Virus record (IMG/VR): IMGVR_UViG_2898748948_000001
DNA: 64,000 bases
From: an uncultured virus (IMG/VR IMGVR_UViG_2898748948_000001)
Taxonomy: Duplodnaviria > Heunggongvirae > Uroviricota > Caudoviricetes
Direction: 5' to 3' (one strand)
The notes below the pieces were generated by a model. It saw only the letters and a list, made by a program, of their open reading frames with translations. It searched no databases and was not told where the DNA came from. Below, in pieces: positions 55,980 through 64,000 of the stretch (its first letter is position 1; each line of letters starts with the position of its first letter). Both the position numbers and the translations under genes were made by a program.

Positions 55980-56468
55980 ATGTACCACTATACGGACGGG
56001 GGCCTCCGCAACGTGTGGTTGGCCAATGGTTACAAGGTTCGCAAAACACCCCATGGAGACGCTGTCGCGATCCACGACATTGAAGGACTGACGGAAACGC
56101 TCTGCAAGACATTTGTCCAAAAGCCTCGCGCACTGTCTCGCACAGAGTTTCGCTACATTCGCACGTCAGGCCTACTTCTGTCCCAAGCAGCCCTGGGCTC
56201 TGCGCTTGGTGTTGACGCACAAACTGTAGCTCGATGGGAGAAAGACAAACACATCCCCAAGATGGCTGACAAGATGATCCGTCTGATCTACTTGGAGCAT
56301 GCCAACGGCAATGTGCGCCTCAAGAGTGCATTTGAGACTTTGCGCGCTGTGGAGAGGGCTATGAATGGCCCTCAGCCCACCCGAGTCGTCGTGGAATCCA
56401 AAGGGGAGCACTGGGAGTCGCGCCTTGAAGAAGGCGACGAGTTAAACGAAGAAATGGAACCAGCCTAA
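55980..56468 (+). CDS. MqsA/HigA-like HTH antitoxin
   Basis: MYHYTDGGLRNVWLANGY N-term; SQAALGSALGVDAQTVARWEK HTH; AGGAG RBS. Confidence 0.8.
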   Translation: MYHYTDGGLRNVWLANGYKVRKTPHGDAVAIHDIEGLTETLCKTFVQKPRALSRTEFRYIRTSGLLLSQAALGSALGVDAQTVARWEKDKHIPKMADKMIRLIYLEHANGNVRLKSAFETLRAVERAMNGPQPTRVVVESKGEHWESRLEEGDELNEEMEPA

Positions 56469-56844
56469 ATGCTGGCCCACCAAAACAACCCGCCCAGTGC
56501 GGGTTTTCTTTTACCAGCCACCCAGGAGGTGGCATTTTTGTACCTGGAGATTCTGAATTCTGAAATGTGAGCTACCCGCCAGCATGCGGCCCGCATGCGC
56601 CTTCCCCGCAGGGCTTTAGCGGGGCCATCACGCAGGTGGACTGGACACGGTTCGACTCCGTGGGCTACACCGATGCGCCTTGCGCGCTAAGTCTAGGCGG
56701 CCCAGTCCACCGCCGTGATGGTGCCGGGGGTCGGCTCCCCGGTTATTACAAACCAGGCCTGCAAGGCCCGGCTGGAATACTGCAAGAGGGTAATCGCACC
56801 GGTCTTAGGTGCCCATCATGAACACCCCGGGAAAGTAGCGGGGG

Positions 56845-56924
56845 CTATCACAGATAGGGAATGCGCAGGCTGATGCGCGATCAGGAGCAAGCCGGAGATC
56901 AGCACCGGCCCCTATCTGTGATGG
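56845..56924 (+). ncRNA. c4 antisense RNA-like element
   Basis: GAATGCGCAGGCTGATGCGC...GCCGGAGATCAGCACCGGC closed by a 15-bp stem; matches the recalled c4 consensus. Confidence 0.75.
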
Positions 56925-57024
56925 TGAATGCGCAGTTGCGATGCGCACTGGCGGGTTGTGGCCCACAAAACCATATAGGTCCCGATATGAGTCACGAGCC
57001 GGACAAGCAACCGGCCGCCATCAC
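56918..57024 (+). ncRNA. Second, divergent c4-like RNA
   Basis: GGTGAATGCGCAGTTGCGATGCGC...GCCGGACAAGCAACCGGC closed by GTGATGGTG/CGCCATCAC. Confidence 0.65.
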
Positions 57025-57371
57025 GACTTGCCGGCGTAAGCGGCAGCTATCTGGCGTGACTGCTCGAGCAGGTACGGCAGTTCAGGAATGGGCCTGAGCT
57101 ACCGTCAATTAGGAACTCGGCGCTTTGCGCCGTGGCGACAGTGGTCACGCCAGATGGCGCAGCAACTTTTATTAACCCAAGTGCGCATTTCTTCTGCCTG
57201 ACCCTCATCGGGCAGTGGAACGCTGCGTCATCTACCTTTTTGCCGGGCCTGGGGCCTATCTCCTCCCTCCCTCTCTGAACCATTCCCTAGGCAGACCCGA
57301 AAGGTCACCGGCTCTTTATTCAAGCCCGCAGCAACCGCTCGCGGGCTTTTTCTTTGCCCTCAGGAGATTCC

Positions 57372-57509
57372 ATGCATTCGACTCCATCCCCTGCCCACAC
57401 CACAAAGCTGCTGATTGCGGCGCAATGGGCGCTCACCGGCTTCGGCCTCTTCTGCCTGGTCGGCGCGGCCGTGGTGATCGCACTCACGCCAGAAGCCTGG
57501 CCCCTCTGA
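57372..57509 (+). CDS. 45-aa single-pass membrane protein
   Basis: AGGAG RBS after a terminator; MHSTPSPAHTTKLLIAAQWALTGFGLFCLVGAAVVIALTPEAWPL. Confidence 0.6.
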   Translation: MHSTPSPAHTTKLLIAAQWALTGFGLFCLVGAAVVIALTPEAWPL

Positions 57510-57556
57510 GCATTCAGCTCGGATAGCTGAACAAGATTTTTGAAGAGGAGATCCTC

Positions 57557-57754
57557 ATGCTGAAGACGATTGTTGATTCCGTGCTGGTCATCGTTGGCGC
57601 CCTGCTTCTCGCAGCCTGGCTGTCCGCGCCCGATGCCCAAGCCGATGAACCCCAAACCATCATCAAAAGCCTGCGCGACGAGTTCGCTTGCCCTGGCATG
57701 CATGCCGAATGGCTGGACGACAAGACGGTGCAGTGCCTCAAAGAATTGCCGTGA
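57557..57754 (+). CDS. Small exported/membrane phage protein
   Basis: GAGGAG RBS, N-terminal hydrophobic segment, CPG...C. Confidence 0.7.
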   Translation: MLKTIVDSVLVIVGALLLAAWLSAPDAQADEPQTIIKSLRDEFACPGMHAEWLDDKTVQCLKELP

Positions 57755-57820
57755 GTCACCTATGGGGCTTAACACTAACTAGCAAGTAACAATCTAAACT
57801 TATACTGAACCCAATAAGAG

Positions 57821-58228
57821 ATGGAGGAAGCCGTGACAGAGTTCGGGAGTTTTCTTTATCACAGCGAAATTGCCCCAGACGCCGATATTGGTTGCGTTGC
57901 CGAGATCGCCAAATTCTCCCGCGTTTTTAACCAGGCACACGAAATCACGGGCGTCCTGATATTTGACGGCCAACGCTTCGTTCAGTACATCGAAGGCCCG
58001 CAGGAACACGTGATTGCGGTTGCGAACAAAATCGCTTTGGACACCAGGCACATCAACTTCACTCCACTTTATCAAGCCCAAGGCATCACACAGCGCCTCT
58101 TCCCGAAATGGACAATGGCATATTTCGCGAATGATGATGCAGAGCCTCTCGCAAGTATATTGACCGATCAAGGCGAAGCAGCGTTAAGCAGCCTGCAGAA
58201 AATACTGCCTCAGTTGGACGCCGCATAG
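57821..58228 (+). CDS. Stand-alone BLUF blue-light sensor
   Basis: LYHS, FN..HEITGVLIFDG..FVQYIEG, D.RH, RLFPKWTM. Confidence 0.9.
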   Translation: MEEAVTEFGSFLYHSEIAPDADIGCVAEIAKFSRVFNQAHEITGVLIFDGQRFVQYIEGPQEHVIAVANKIALDTRHINFTPLYQAQGITQRLFPKWTMAYFANDDAEPLASILTDQGEAALSSLQKILPQLDAA

Positions 58229-58325
58229 CGGAACAACCTCCTAGCCATTTACTGTCTGAGAGCAGTAAAAATCTGAATCCCTCAATAGCCCGCTCCCGCG
58301 GGCTTTTTCTATTTCTGGAGCCCAG

Positions 58326-59261
58326 ATGTTCAAGAACATGATCATTTACCGCATTGCCGAAAGCTGGCAAAGCGATCTGCAGGCGCTGGAGGATGCCCTG
58401 CAAAAGACAGTGTTTGAGGAGTGCGGCGCGACCCAGGAGCGCTCCGTGGGCTGGGTGCCGCCGCGCGGAGAGCAGCACGGCCTGCTGGTCGAATCCGTGG
58501 CTGGTCAGTGGGTCATGCGCTTCATGACCGAGGCCAAGGTGCTGCCGGCCAGCGTGCTCAATCGCAAGGTCAACGAAAAGGCCGAGCACATCGAAAAAAC
58601 CGAAGGCCGCAAGCCGGGCAAGAAGGAAAAGCGCGACCTCAAGGACGAGGCCAAGCTGGATCTGCTGCCCATGGCCTTCACCAAGCAAGGCAGCATGTGG
58701 GTCTGGATCGATCCTCAGGCCCGCACCTTGGTTCTGGACACCAGCGCCCAGGGCCGCGCCGACGAGGTGGTGACCCTGCTAGTCGAAGGCCTGCCCGGCT
58801 TATCTCTGGCCCTGCTGGACACCCAGACCAGCCCACAGGCCGCCATGGCGCATTGGCTGATGACACAGGAGCCGCCCACCGGCTTCACCGCCGACCGCGA
58901 GACGGAGCTGAAAGCATGCGACGAGTCCAAGGCCATCGTGCGCTATGCCCGCCACCCGTTGGACATCGATGAGGTCCGCAAACACATCGAGCACGGCAAG
59001 CTGCCGACCAAGCTGGCGATGACCTGGGACGACCGTGTGAGCTTTGTGCTGACCGAAGGCCTGCAGATCAAGAGCATTACGCTGCTGGATGCGGTCATGG
59101 ATGGCAACAGCCAGGACGATGGCGGCTTCGATACCGATGTGGCCATTGCCACCGGTGAGCTGTCGCGCCTGATTCCCGACCTGATCGAAGCCCTTGGCGG
59201 AGAAGGCCGCACAGGCCTGGGCGACCTGCCCGCCACGCTGGCTGCCAGCGCAAGCTGGTAA
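58326..59261 (+). CDS. rdgC: Recombination-associated protein RdgC
   Basis: MFKNMIIYR, GWVPP, KVLPASV, LLPMAF. Confidence 0.93.
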   Translation: MFKNMIIYRIAESWQSDLQALEDALQKTVFEECGATQERSVGWVPPRGEQHGLLVESVAGQWVMRFMTEAKVLPASVLNRKVNEKAEHIEKTEGRKPGKKEKRDLKDEAKLDLLPMAFTKQGSMWVWIDPQARTLVLDTSAQGRADEVVTLLVEGLPGLSLALLDTQTSPQAAMAHWLMTQEPPTGFTADRETELKACDESKAIVRYARHPLDIDEVRKHIEHGKLPTKLAMTWDDRVSFVLTEGLQIKSITLLDAVMDGNSQDDGGFDTDVAIATGELSRLIPDLIEALGGEGRTGLGDLPATLAASASW

Positions 59262-59264
59262 CCA

Positions 59265-59507
59265 TCACCTCAGCGCAGATGTGAAAGCAACGGCTAACGC
59301 AGCCACTGCGGCACTTCCGAAAGCAAGTCGGCCAGCAATAGAAGTCCAGGGAGTGACTCGGCGTGCCTTAAGCCATAAATAGCAATTTTTTTGCTTCTCA
59401 CGGTCGAACTCAAACAAGCCCATATCAAGTCTCTTTTGGATGACTGACAGACCGTGCTTGACCTCCCACTCCTCAAGCAATCTGCGCGTTCGATCATCAA
59501 GTGCCAT
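59265..59507 (-). CDS. Small moron protein with C-terminal TM
   Basis: Opposite-strand ORF, hydrophobic C-term. Confidence 0.55.
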   Translation of the reverse strand: MALDDRTRRLLEEWEVKHGLSVIQKRLDMGLFEFDREKQKNCYLWLKARRVTPWTSIAGRLAFGSAAVAALAVAFTSALR

Positions 59508-59632
59508 ACGTGGTCCGTACTCAGGTGAACAAAGCAAAGCGCTGAATGTAACGAATTGTTTATTGGCTTGGGATTGATTTTTCTAATAACCATGTGCCCA
59601 CCAATGGGTGGGCTTTTTCTTTGGAGGCTCCC

Positions 59633-60031
59633 ATGAGTCTGACTTTCGTGAATCACAACGGCGACCCCATCACCGACTCCCGCATGGCCGCCATGCGAGC
59701 TCAAGGAATGGAGCTCGAGCGCCAGCGTCGCCTGGCAGCCAAGGCGGATCCCGTGTCCGTGCACAAGGGCTGGCGTGTCTCAGGTATCGCGCCTGGCCTG
59801 CTGGATGAAGCAAAGCAGGCGCACGAGCGGCTTTGCCAGATGGCGCAGAAGGCAGGGGGCAAACCGCCGGAGCCATTTGATGAAACCGCATGGCTGCGCA
59901 CAGCCAAGCGCACTGCAGTGCGTAGCAAGCCCTACATCCTTCAGGAGGCAGCTCAACAATGCAAGGAGCTGGCCGTCAAGGTGGGATGGCTGGAAGTCCA
60001 GTTGATAGAGATCAAAAAGGTAGTCGCCTGA
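59633..60031 (+). CDS. Phage hypothetical protein
   Basis: GGAGG RBS after a terminator cassette. Confidence 0.72.
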   Translation: MSLTFVNHNGDPITDSRMAAMRAQGMELERQRRLAAKADPVSVHKGWRVSGIAPGLLDEAKQAHERLCQMAQKAGGKPPEPFDETAWLRTAKRTAVRSKPYILQEAAQQCKELAVKVGWLEVQLIEIKKVVA

Positions 60032-60300
60032 GTTATCAAAAATCTGATCTGCACACAGTGTCACCCGCGAAGACAGGGCTACACATTTGGAACGATTTTT
60101 ATTCGTGCAACTGAGGCCGTTTTTGATGACTTTTGGCAGCTTTTGTGCACGGAACAAGAGTTCGGCTGACAGCAATCTATCAGCCTGCGGCGGTGTAATA
60201 ATTTGTGACAAAAGCGAAAATACGAGCATCGAGATTCCAGATCGCCGTTTAACGCTCAGGGTTGAAATGATTGCTCTTTGATCGGGGAGGCTCTGGTCAG

Positions 60301-61521
60301 ATGTCCGCGAATTACAACTTGTTGGTACTGACACCACCTCTGGCGCTACTGGTTCTTGCTGCCGTCCTGATGGTTGCTTGGTTTAACCAACGATCCCAGC
60401 GCTTTCTGTTTTGGCAAGCCTGCGCCTATTCGCTCACGGCACTGCCCCTCGCTGCTCAAACCTTGATTCCCCTTGAGGTGCTCACGCGCTATGCGCTATT
60501 GATTGGCAGCATCTATCTGCTGGGAGCCTGGTGTCTTGCGAAGTGCTGGGCGGACAGGTGGCGTGTATCAACGCATCCGCACATTGCACTGCAGATCTCC
60601 ATCGTCACCTTAGCCGTTGTGTATCACTTCAGCTGGGTGAATCCGATTCCTTGGGTTCGCATCTGTTCCTTCAGTATAGGCTCGGGCTTGGTTCTAATGC
60701 TGCCTATCCTGCAGGTCCGCTCAAGGATGAGCTCTTTACACTGGCTCGATAAATTGCTGCTCTGGCTAAGCATCGCATTCACTACCTATACCTTCACTCG
60801 GCCCGGTTTGATCTGGCTGCTGGGCTACTCGGATCTTCGGTCATTGCCAAAGTCGCCCTACTGGCTCCTAACGCTGGTGAGCATCTTGAACTTCGCGCTG
60901 CTCTTCAGCTTGGTGATGACTGCTATTGCCGCGAAGGAAACGGTAGACAAGCTACGACGTGAGCGAGACCTTGATGCGTTGACCCAGTTGCTGAATCGCC
61001 GCTCTTTTCAAGAATATGCCCAGCAGCGCCTCGCTGACATACGGCTCTATCCGATGGCCGTGCTGGCCTGCGATATAGATCACTTCAAGCGCATTAACGA
61101 CTCCTGGGGCCACAAGCGCGGCGATGAGGTTCTGCAACTGGTTTCAACGACTCTTAAAGACAGCGTGCGGGAGAACGACCTTGTCGCACGGTTCGGCGGG
61201 GAAGAGTTTGTGCTTTTGCTGACGGAAATTTCACTGAAAGATGCCGAGGCCATTGCCCTTCGCATCCAGCGCGACCTCCGCTTGAACAATGAAGTTCTCC
61301 CATCAGGCTACACGTTGACCCTGAGCTTCGGGATTTCAGCGCTCGACAGCAACACGCCATTAGATCAAGCCCTGCGAGAGGCCGATCGGCTTCTTTACGA
61401 AGCCAAAAATGCTGGGCGAGATCGGGTGCACGTATCCGGGGGCAACTATCCGGATATATCCATCGAACTCGATCCCGTTGCAAACCCAAGCTACCACATG
61501 CCCTACAGCAAAAGCACATAG
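60301..61521 (+). CDS. Membrane-bound diguanylate cyclase (GGDEF)
   Basis: Multiple TMs; DALTQLLNRR, DIDHFKRINDSWGH, RENDLVARFGGEEF (RxxD I-site). Confidence 0.93.
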   Translation: MSANYNLLVLTPPLALLVLAAVLMVAWFNQRSQRFLFWQACAYSLTALPLAAQTLIPLEVLTRYALLIGSIYLLGAWCLAKCWADRWRVSTHPHIALQISIVTLAVVYHFSWVNPIPWVRICSFSIGSGLVLMLPILQVRSRMSSLHWLDKLLLWLSIAFTTYTFTRPGLIWLLGYSDLRSLPKSPYWLLTLVSILNFALLFSLVMTAIAAKETVDKLRRERDLDALTQLLNRRSFQEYAQQRLADIRLYPMAVLACDIDHFKRINDSWGHKRGDEVLQLVSTTLKDSVRENDLVARFGGEEFVLLLTEISLKDAEAIALRIQRDLRLNNEVLPSGYTLTLSFGISALDSNTPLDQALREADRLLYEAKNAGRDRVHVSGGNYPDISIELDPVANPSYHMPYSKST

Positions 61522-61644
61522 CGCCCTCGCAACGAGCGTTTCACCCGTAATCACCACAGCCCACCACCCGCTTTTTTCATTCCATAGAAAGCGTTCCAGG
61601 AATGAAGAAGCGTAATCTATAGGCCGAGTCACCGAGGAGCAGAC

Positions 61645-61902
61645 ATGGCGAGCAATGCTTCACAACCCGTACAGGCATATCGCTACGAACTGTTGCCAGA
61701 AAATCTTCACGCTGATTGGAAGATCATCGTTGACAGGGTTCGCGCAGCCTATGACAAGAAGCCGGAATCGGCGATACAGCTGGAGAACGCTCGTCAGCAC
61801 GGGTTCGGCTTTATCCGCGCACTCGCAGCAGCAGGTCTTGTGACTGTAGCTGGCAAAGCAGACCTGATGGAGCTATTGCTATACCCCAGATCGTCTTGCT
61901 GA
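61645..61902 (+). CDS. Small hypothetical protein
   Basis: GAGGAG RBS. Confidence 0.65.
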   Translation: MASNASQPVQAYRYELLPENLHADWKIIVDRVRAAYDKKPESAIQLENARQHGFGFIRALAAAGLVTVAGKADLMELLLYPRSSC

Positions 61903-62039
61903 CTACAAGGATCCCCAGTCTATAGACGGCTCGCTGCTTGCCATCGCTTCAGCCGACGTTGGTCAGGACGACCAGTCACTACCTATCCACCCATCACCTG
62001 CCCGCCATTGAGCGGGCTTTTTGCTTTCTGGAGACACGA

Positions 62040-62732
62040 ATGCCCCGAGAAATTGCATGCACCGAGGATCGCTTCCTCAAGGATGCGCAAGCGCACCAGA
62101 TGGAAGTCATGCGCGACGACGGTGTGAACCGTCATTTGCGGTTCAAAGATCCCTCCAGCCGCGCCTACTGGTTCGACATCATCACTTGGCCTGGCACGCT
62201 GTGCATTGATGGCGACATGGGAACTTTCGTATTCCGACGCTTGCAGGACATGTTCACGTTCTTTCGCACAGATCAAGAGCACTACAACAAAACAGGCCGC
62301 GCTGATCAACTGGCAATCAACCCTGGCTATTGGGACGAGAAGCTGCTCGCACCGGCACCAAGGGATGTCATGGAGTTCAGTGCCGATAGCTTTCGGGAGC
62401 ATGTCAAAGAGGCATTTGATAGCTGGGTTGAGTGCAGTGAACCCGATGCTGAATACAGCACCCAGGCGGAGCACGACCAATTCAGCGACGACAAGGCAGC
62501 GCTTTGGAGCGCTCTGAACGATGAAGTTCTATCGACTGCCGATGATGGCGAAGTACGAGCCTACGACGCTGCCCGCGACTTTCGATGTGATGACGTGCCT
62601 GGCTTTCAGATGGATGACTGCTGGGAGTGGAACTGCAAGGAATTCAAATTCCATTTCCTATGGAACTGCTATGCCATCGCGTGGGGAATCAAGGCCTACG
62701 ACAACGTGAAGCAACAGGCATCAGTCACCTAA
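62040..62732 (+). CDS. Conserved-type phage hypothetical protein
   Basis: GGAG RBS; FDIITWPGTLCIDGDMG, INPGYWDEKL, AIAWGIKAYD. Confidence 0.8.
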   Translation: MPREIACTEDRFLKDAQAHQMEVMRDDGVNRHLRFKDPSSRAYWFDIITWPGTLCIDGDMGTFVFRRLQDMFTFFRTDQEHYNKTGRADQLAINPGYWDEKLLAPAPRDVMEFSADSFREHVKEAFDSWVECSEPDAEYSTQAEHDQFSDDKAALWSALNDEVLSTADDGEVRAYDAARDFRCDDVPGFQMDDCWEWNCKEFKFHFLWNCYAIAWGIKAYDNVKQQASVT

Positions 62733-62778
62733 CCAACACCCCAGCCCGCCGCTGCGGGCTTTTCTCATTCTGGGAGCC

Positions 62779-63318
62779 ATGGAAACCATGACCAACACCA
62801 ACAACCTGCTGCCCTGCCCCTTCTGCGGTGGCGAGCCGAAATATGACGTCTGGAGCGACCGCAACTATCACAAAGCCGAGTGTGTGGATTGCGCTTTTGA
62901 ATTCGACTACTGCCAAACCTATGAAGAACTTGAAGCATCGTGGAACAAGCGCGTTGCGCTCGCGCCCTGCCTGCACCAGATTCAGGAGCCTGCCCCTGTG
63001 CAGGCAGACGCGCGGGATGCGGAAATCACATGGCCCAAGGCGCGCGATATTGGGCGCATCGGAGACATGAGCCAAGTTGCCCACATTCGCGTGGGCTTTG
63101 ATTCTGACAACGATGTGTTTGTGTCCGTCTGGGACGAGAACGGCGGCGGCAGCATCGAATTCTGCAATCCGGGCGGAGGTGGCGGCGGTCAATCGAGCCG
63201 CACTCGCACGGCCCTGATCGCGCTCATGGTGGCGATGGAAGCCGACAACGCCGAGAAGCCTTCGCGCGACTGGTGGGCACAACGCGCCGCTATCGCGGCA
63301 GCAAAGGGAGGGGCATGA
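62779..63318 (+). CDS. Lar-family Zn-finger (restriction alleviation-like) mosaic protein
   Basis: LLPCPFCGG...CVDC...WNKR. Confidence 0.78.
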   Translation: METMTNTNNLLPCPFCGGEPKYDVWSDRNYHKAECVDCAFEFDYCQTYEELEASWNKRVALAPCLHQIQEPAPVQADARDAEITWPKARDIGRIGDMSQVAHIRVGFDSDNDVFVSVWDENGGGSIEFCNPGGGGGGQSSRTRTALIALMVAMEADNAEKPSRDWWAQRAAIAAAKGGA

Positions 63319-63392
63319 GCCGACGAGCCCGCGACCGCGGCGACAAGCGCGACAGATGGCGCGAACCCATCAACCACCCAGAGCCCCGCTGA
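63315..63392 (+). CDS. 25-aa Arg-rich micro-protein (copy 2)
   Basis: GGAGG RBS, ATGA-coupled; same peptide as 5708-5785. Confidence 0.6.
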   Translation: MSRRARDRGDKRDRWREPINHPEPR

Positions 63393-63420
63393 TGCGGGGC
63401 TTTGCTTTTTGGGAGACCTC

Positions 63421-63648
63421 ATGGCAATCAGCGCCAGCACCGTGGGCCTGCCAGAAGACAAGACCTACATCGCCCACCACTTCAACTGCCCAACCTGCTG
63501 CGCGGCCGGCCTCTCCGGTGGCAAGCAGGCGCGCTGTGCCGATGGTCAGCAGCTCTGGGAAACCTACCTCCAGGCCTTTGATGCCCAGCACGACCGCAGG
63601 CCTCGCGCTCATATCGAGCCGCTGTCCAGCCCCTCCACAACCCCCTGA
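63421..63648 (+). CDS. Small Cys/His phage protein
   Basis: HHFNCPTC...RCADGQQLW; GGGAG RBS. Confidence 0.7.
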   Translation: MAISASTVGLPEDKTYIAHHFNCPTCCAAGLSGGKQARCADGQQLWETYLQAFDAQHDRRPRAHIEPLSSPSTTP

Positions 63649-63663
63649 ACTGAGCCTTGATCT

Positions 63664-63918
63664 ATGAAACATTCAGATACACAAGCTGCAAACCATGCCG
63701 CCAATGATGAGTCCGTCAATGCACCCGAGTGGGTGCTGGCCTCCAAGTTTGAGGAACTCACCGGGGTGACACGAGAGACCGTCAAACAACGCAAGAAGGC
63801 TGGCACCTGGCGCGAGGGAGCCCAGGTCGCAGTCGTTCACCGCCGCCTCTACGTCAACATCAAAGCAGCCGATCAATGGATAAAAGACCACCTACCCAAG
63901 CAACACCGCCCGGCGTGA
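63664..63918 (+). CDS. xis: Excisionase
   Basis: WVLASKFEELTG...WREG...LYVNIKAADQWI; overlaps int. Confidence 0.82.
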   Translation: MKHSDTQAANHAANDESVNAPEWVLASKFEELTGVTRETVKQRKKAGTWREGAQVAVVHRRLYVNIKAADQWIKDHLPKQHRPA

Positions 63919-64000
63919 AGATTCGCCATCTCGTCTCAGGCGACAGGCTGCAAATTGCCTTCACCTGGGAGGGCCAGGAGTGCCGCGAGCTGCTCCCAGC
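63876..64000 (+). CDS. int: Integrase of prophage 2, N-terminal arm-binding part (truncated by window end)
   Basis: PPGVKIR...LQIAFTWEGQECRELL downstream of xis. Confidence 0.75.
   Translation, partial: MDKRPPTQATPPGVKIRHLVSGDRLQIAFTWEGQECRELLP

Larger units (their letters stand above)
7277..64000. mobile_element. Prophage 2, near-complete temperate podovirus-like phage; integrase continues past the window end
   Basis: Full head, packaging, lysis, replication and immunity modules; no tape measure or sheath gene; xis/int at the right end; tmRNA-like att at the left. Confidence 0.9.

Noticed and set aside
56580..57160. CRISPR array or tRNA cluster
   Set aside because: No identical direct repeats with regular spacers, no cas genes; only an isolated T-arm mimic, no full cloverleaf

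Overview
The window is almost entirely prophage DNA from a GC-rich bacterium, probably a Betaproteobacterium (Comamonadaceae-like; host is inference only). It holds two tandem prophages. Prophage 1 (1 to ~7195) is represented by its distal early arm: morons (RRM protein, IF-1, lipocalin), a C5 methyltransferase with a nested out-of-frame partner ORF, a PAPS-reductase-like gene, excisionase and tyrosine integrase, ending at a 5'-half tRNA-Arg(UCU). Prophage 2 (~7277 to beyond 64000) begins at a tmRNA-like 3' remnant and looks like a near-complete temperate podovirus-type phage. From left to right it carries cargo (three secreted proteins plus a divergent LuxR regulator, an AlpA-NDT fusion, a Rap1a pseudogene), a minus-strand late region (2209-aa modular tail fibre, N4-gp56-type capsid, portal, terminase, lysis cassette, 3394-aa polyvalent protein), replication and immunity genes, and a plus-strand early arm (TA pair, BLUF, RdgC, GGDEF, Lar-like, xis, start of int). 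The most notable unannotated signals are (i) a ~600-nt array of four long-stem structured RNA modules, two of them c4-like with covarying loops, (ii) a regulated secreted Gly/Ala/Ser/Asn-rich amyloid/fibre-like operon, (iii) a 25-aa Arg-rich micro-ORF conserved in both prophages with only synonymous changes, (iv) a recurring terminator+RBS cassette, and (v) a fixed-spacing late-promoter motif. All family assignments come from motif recognition by eye, not database searches.
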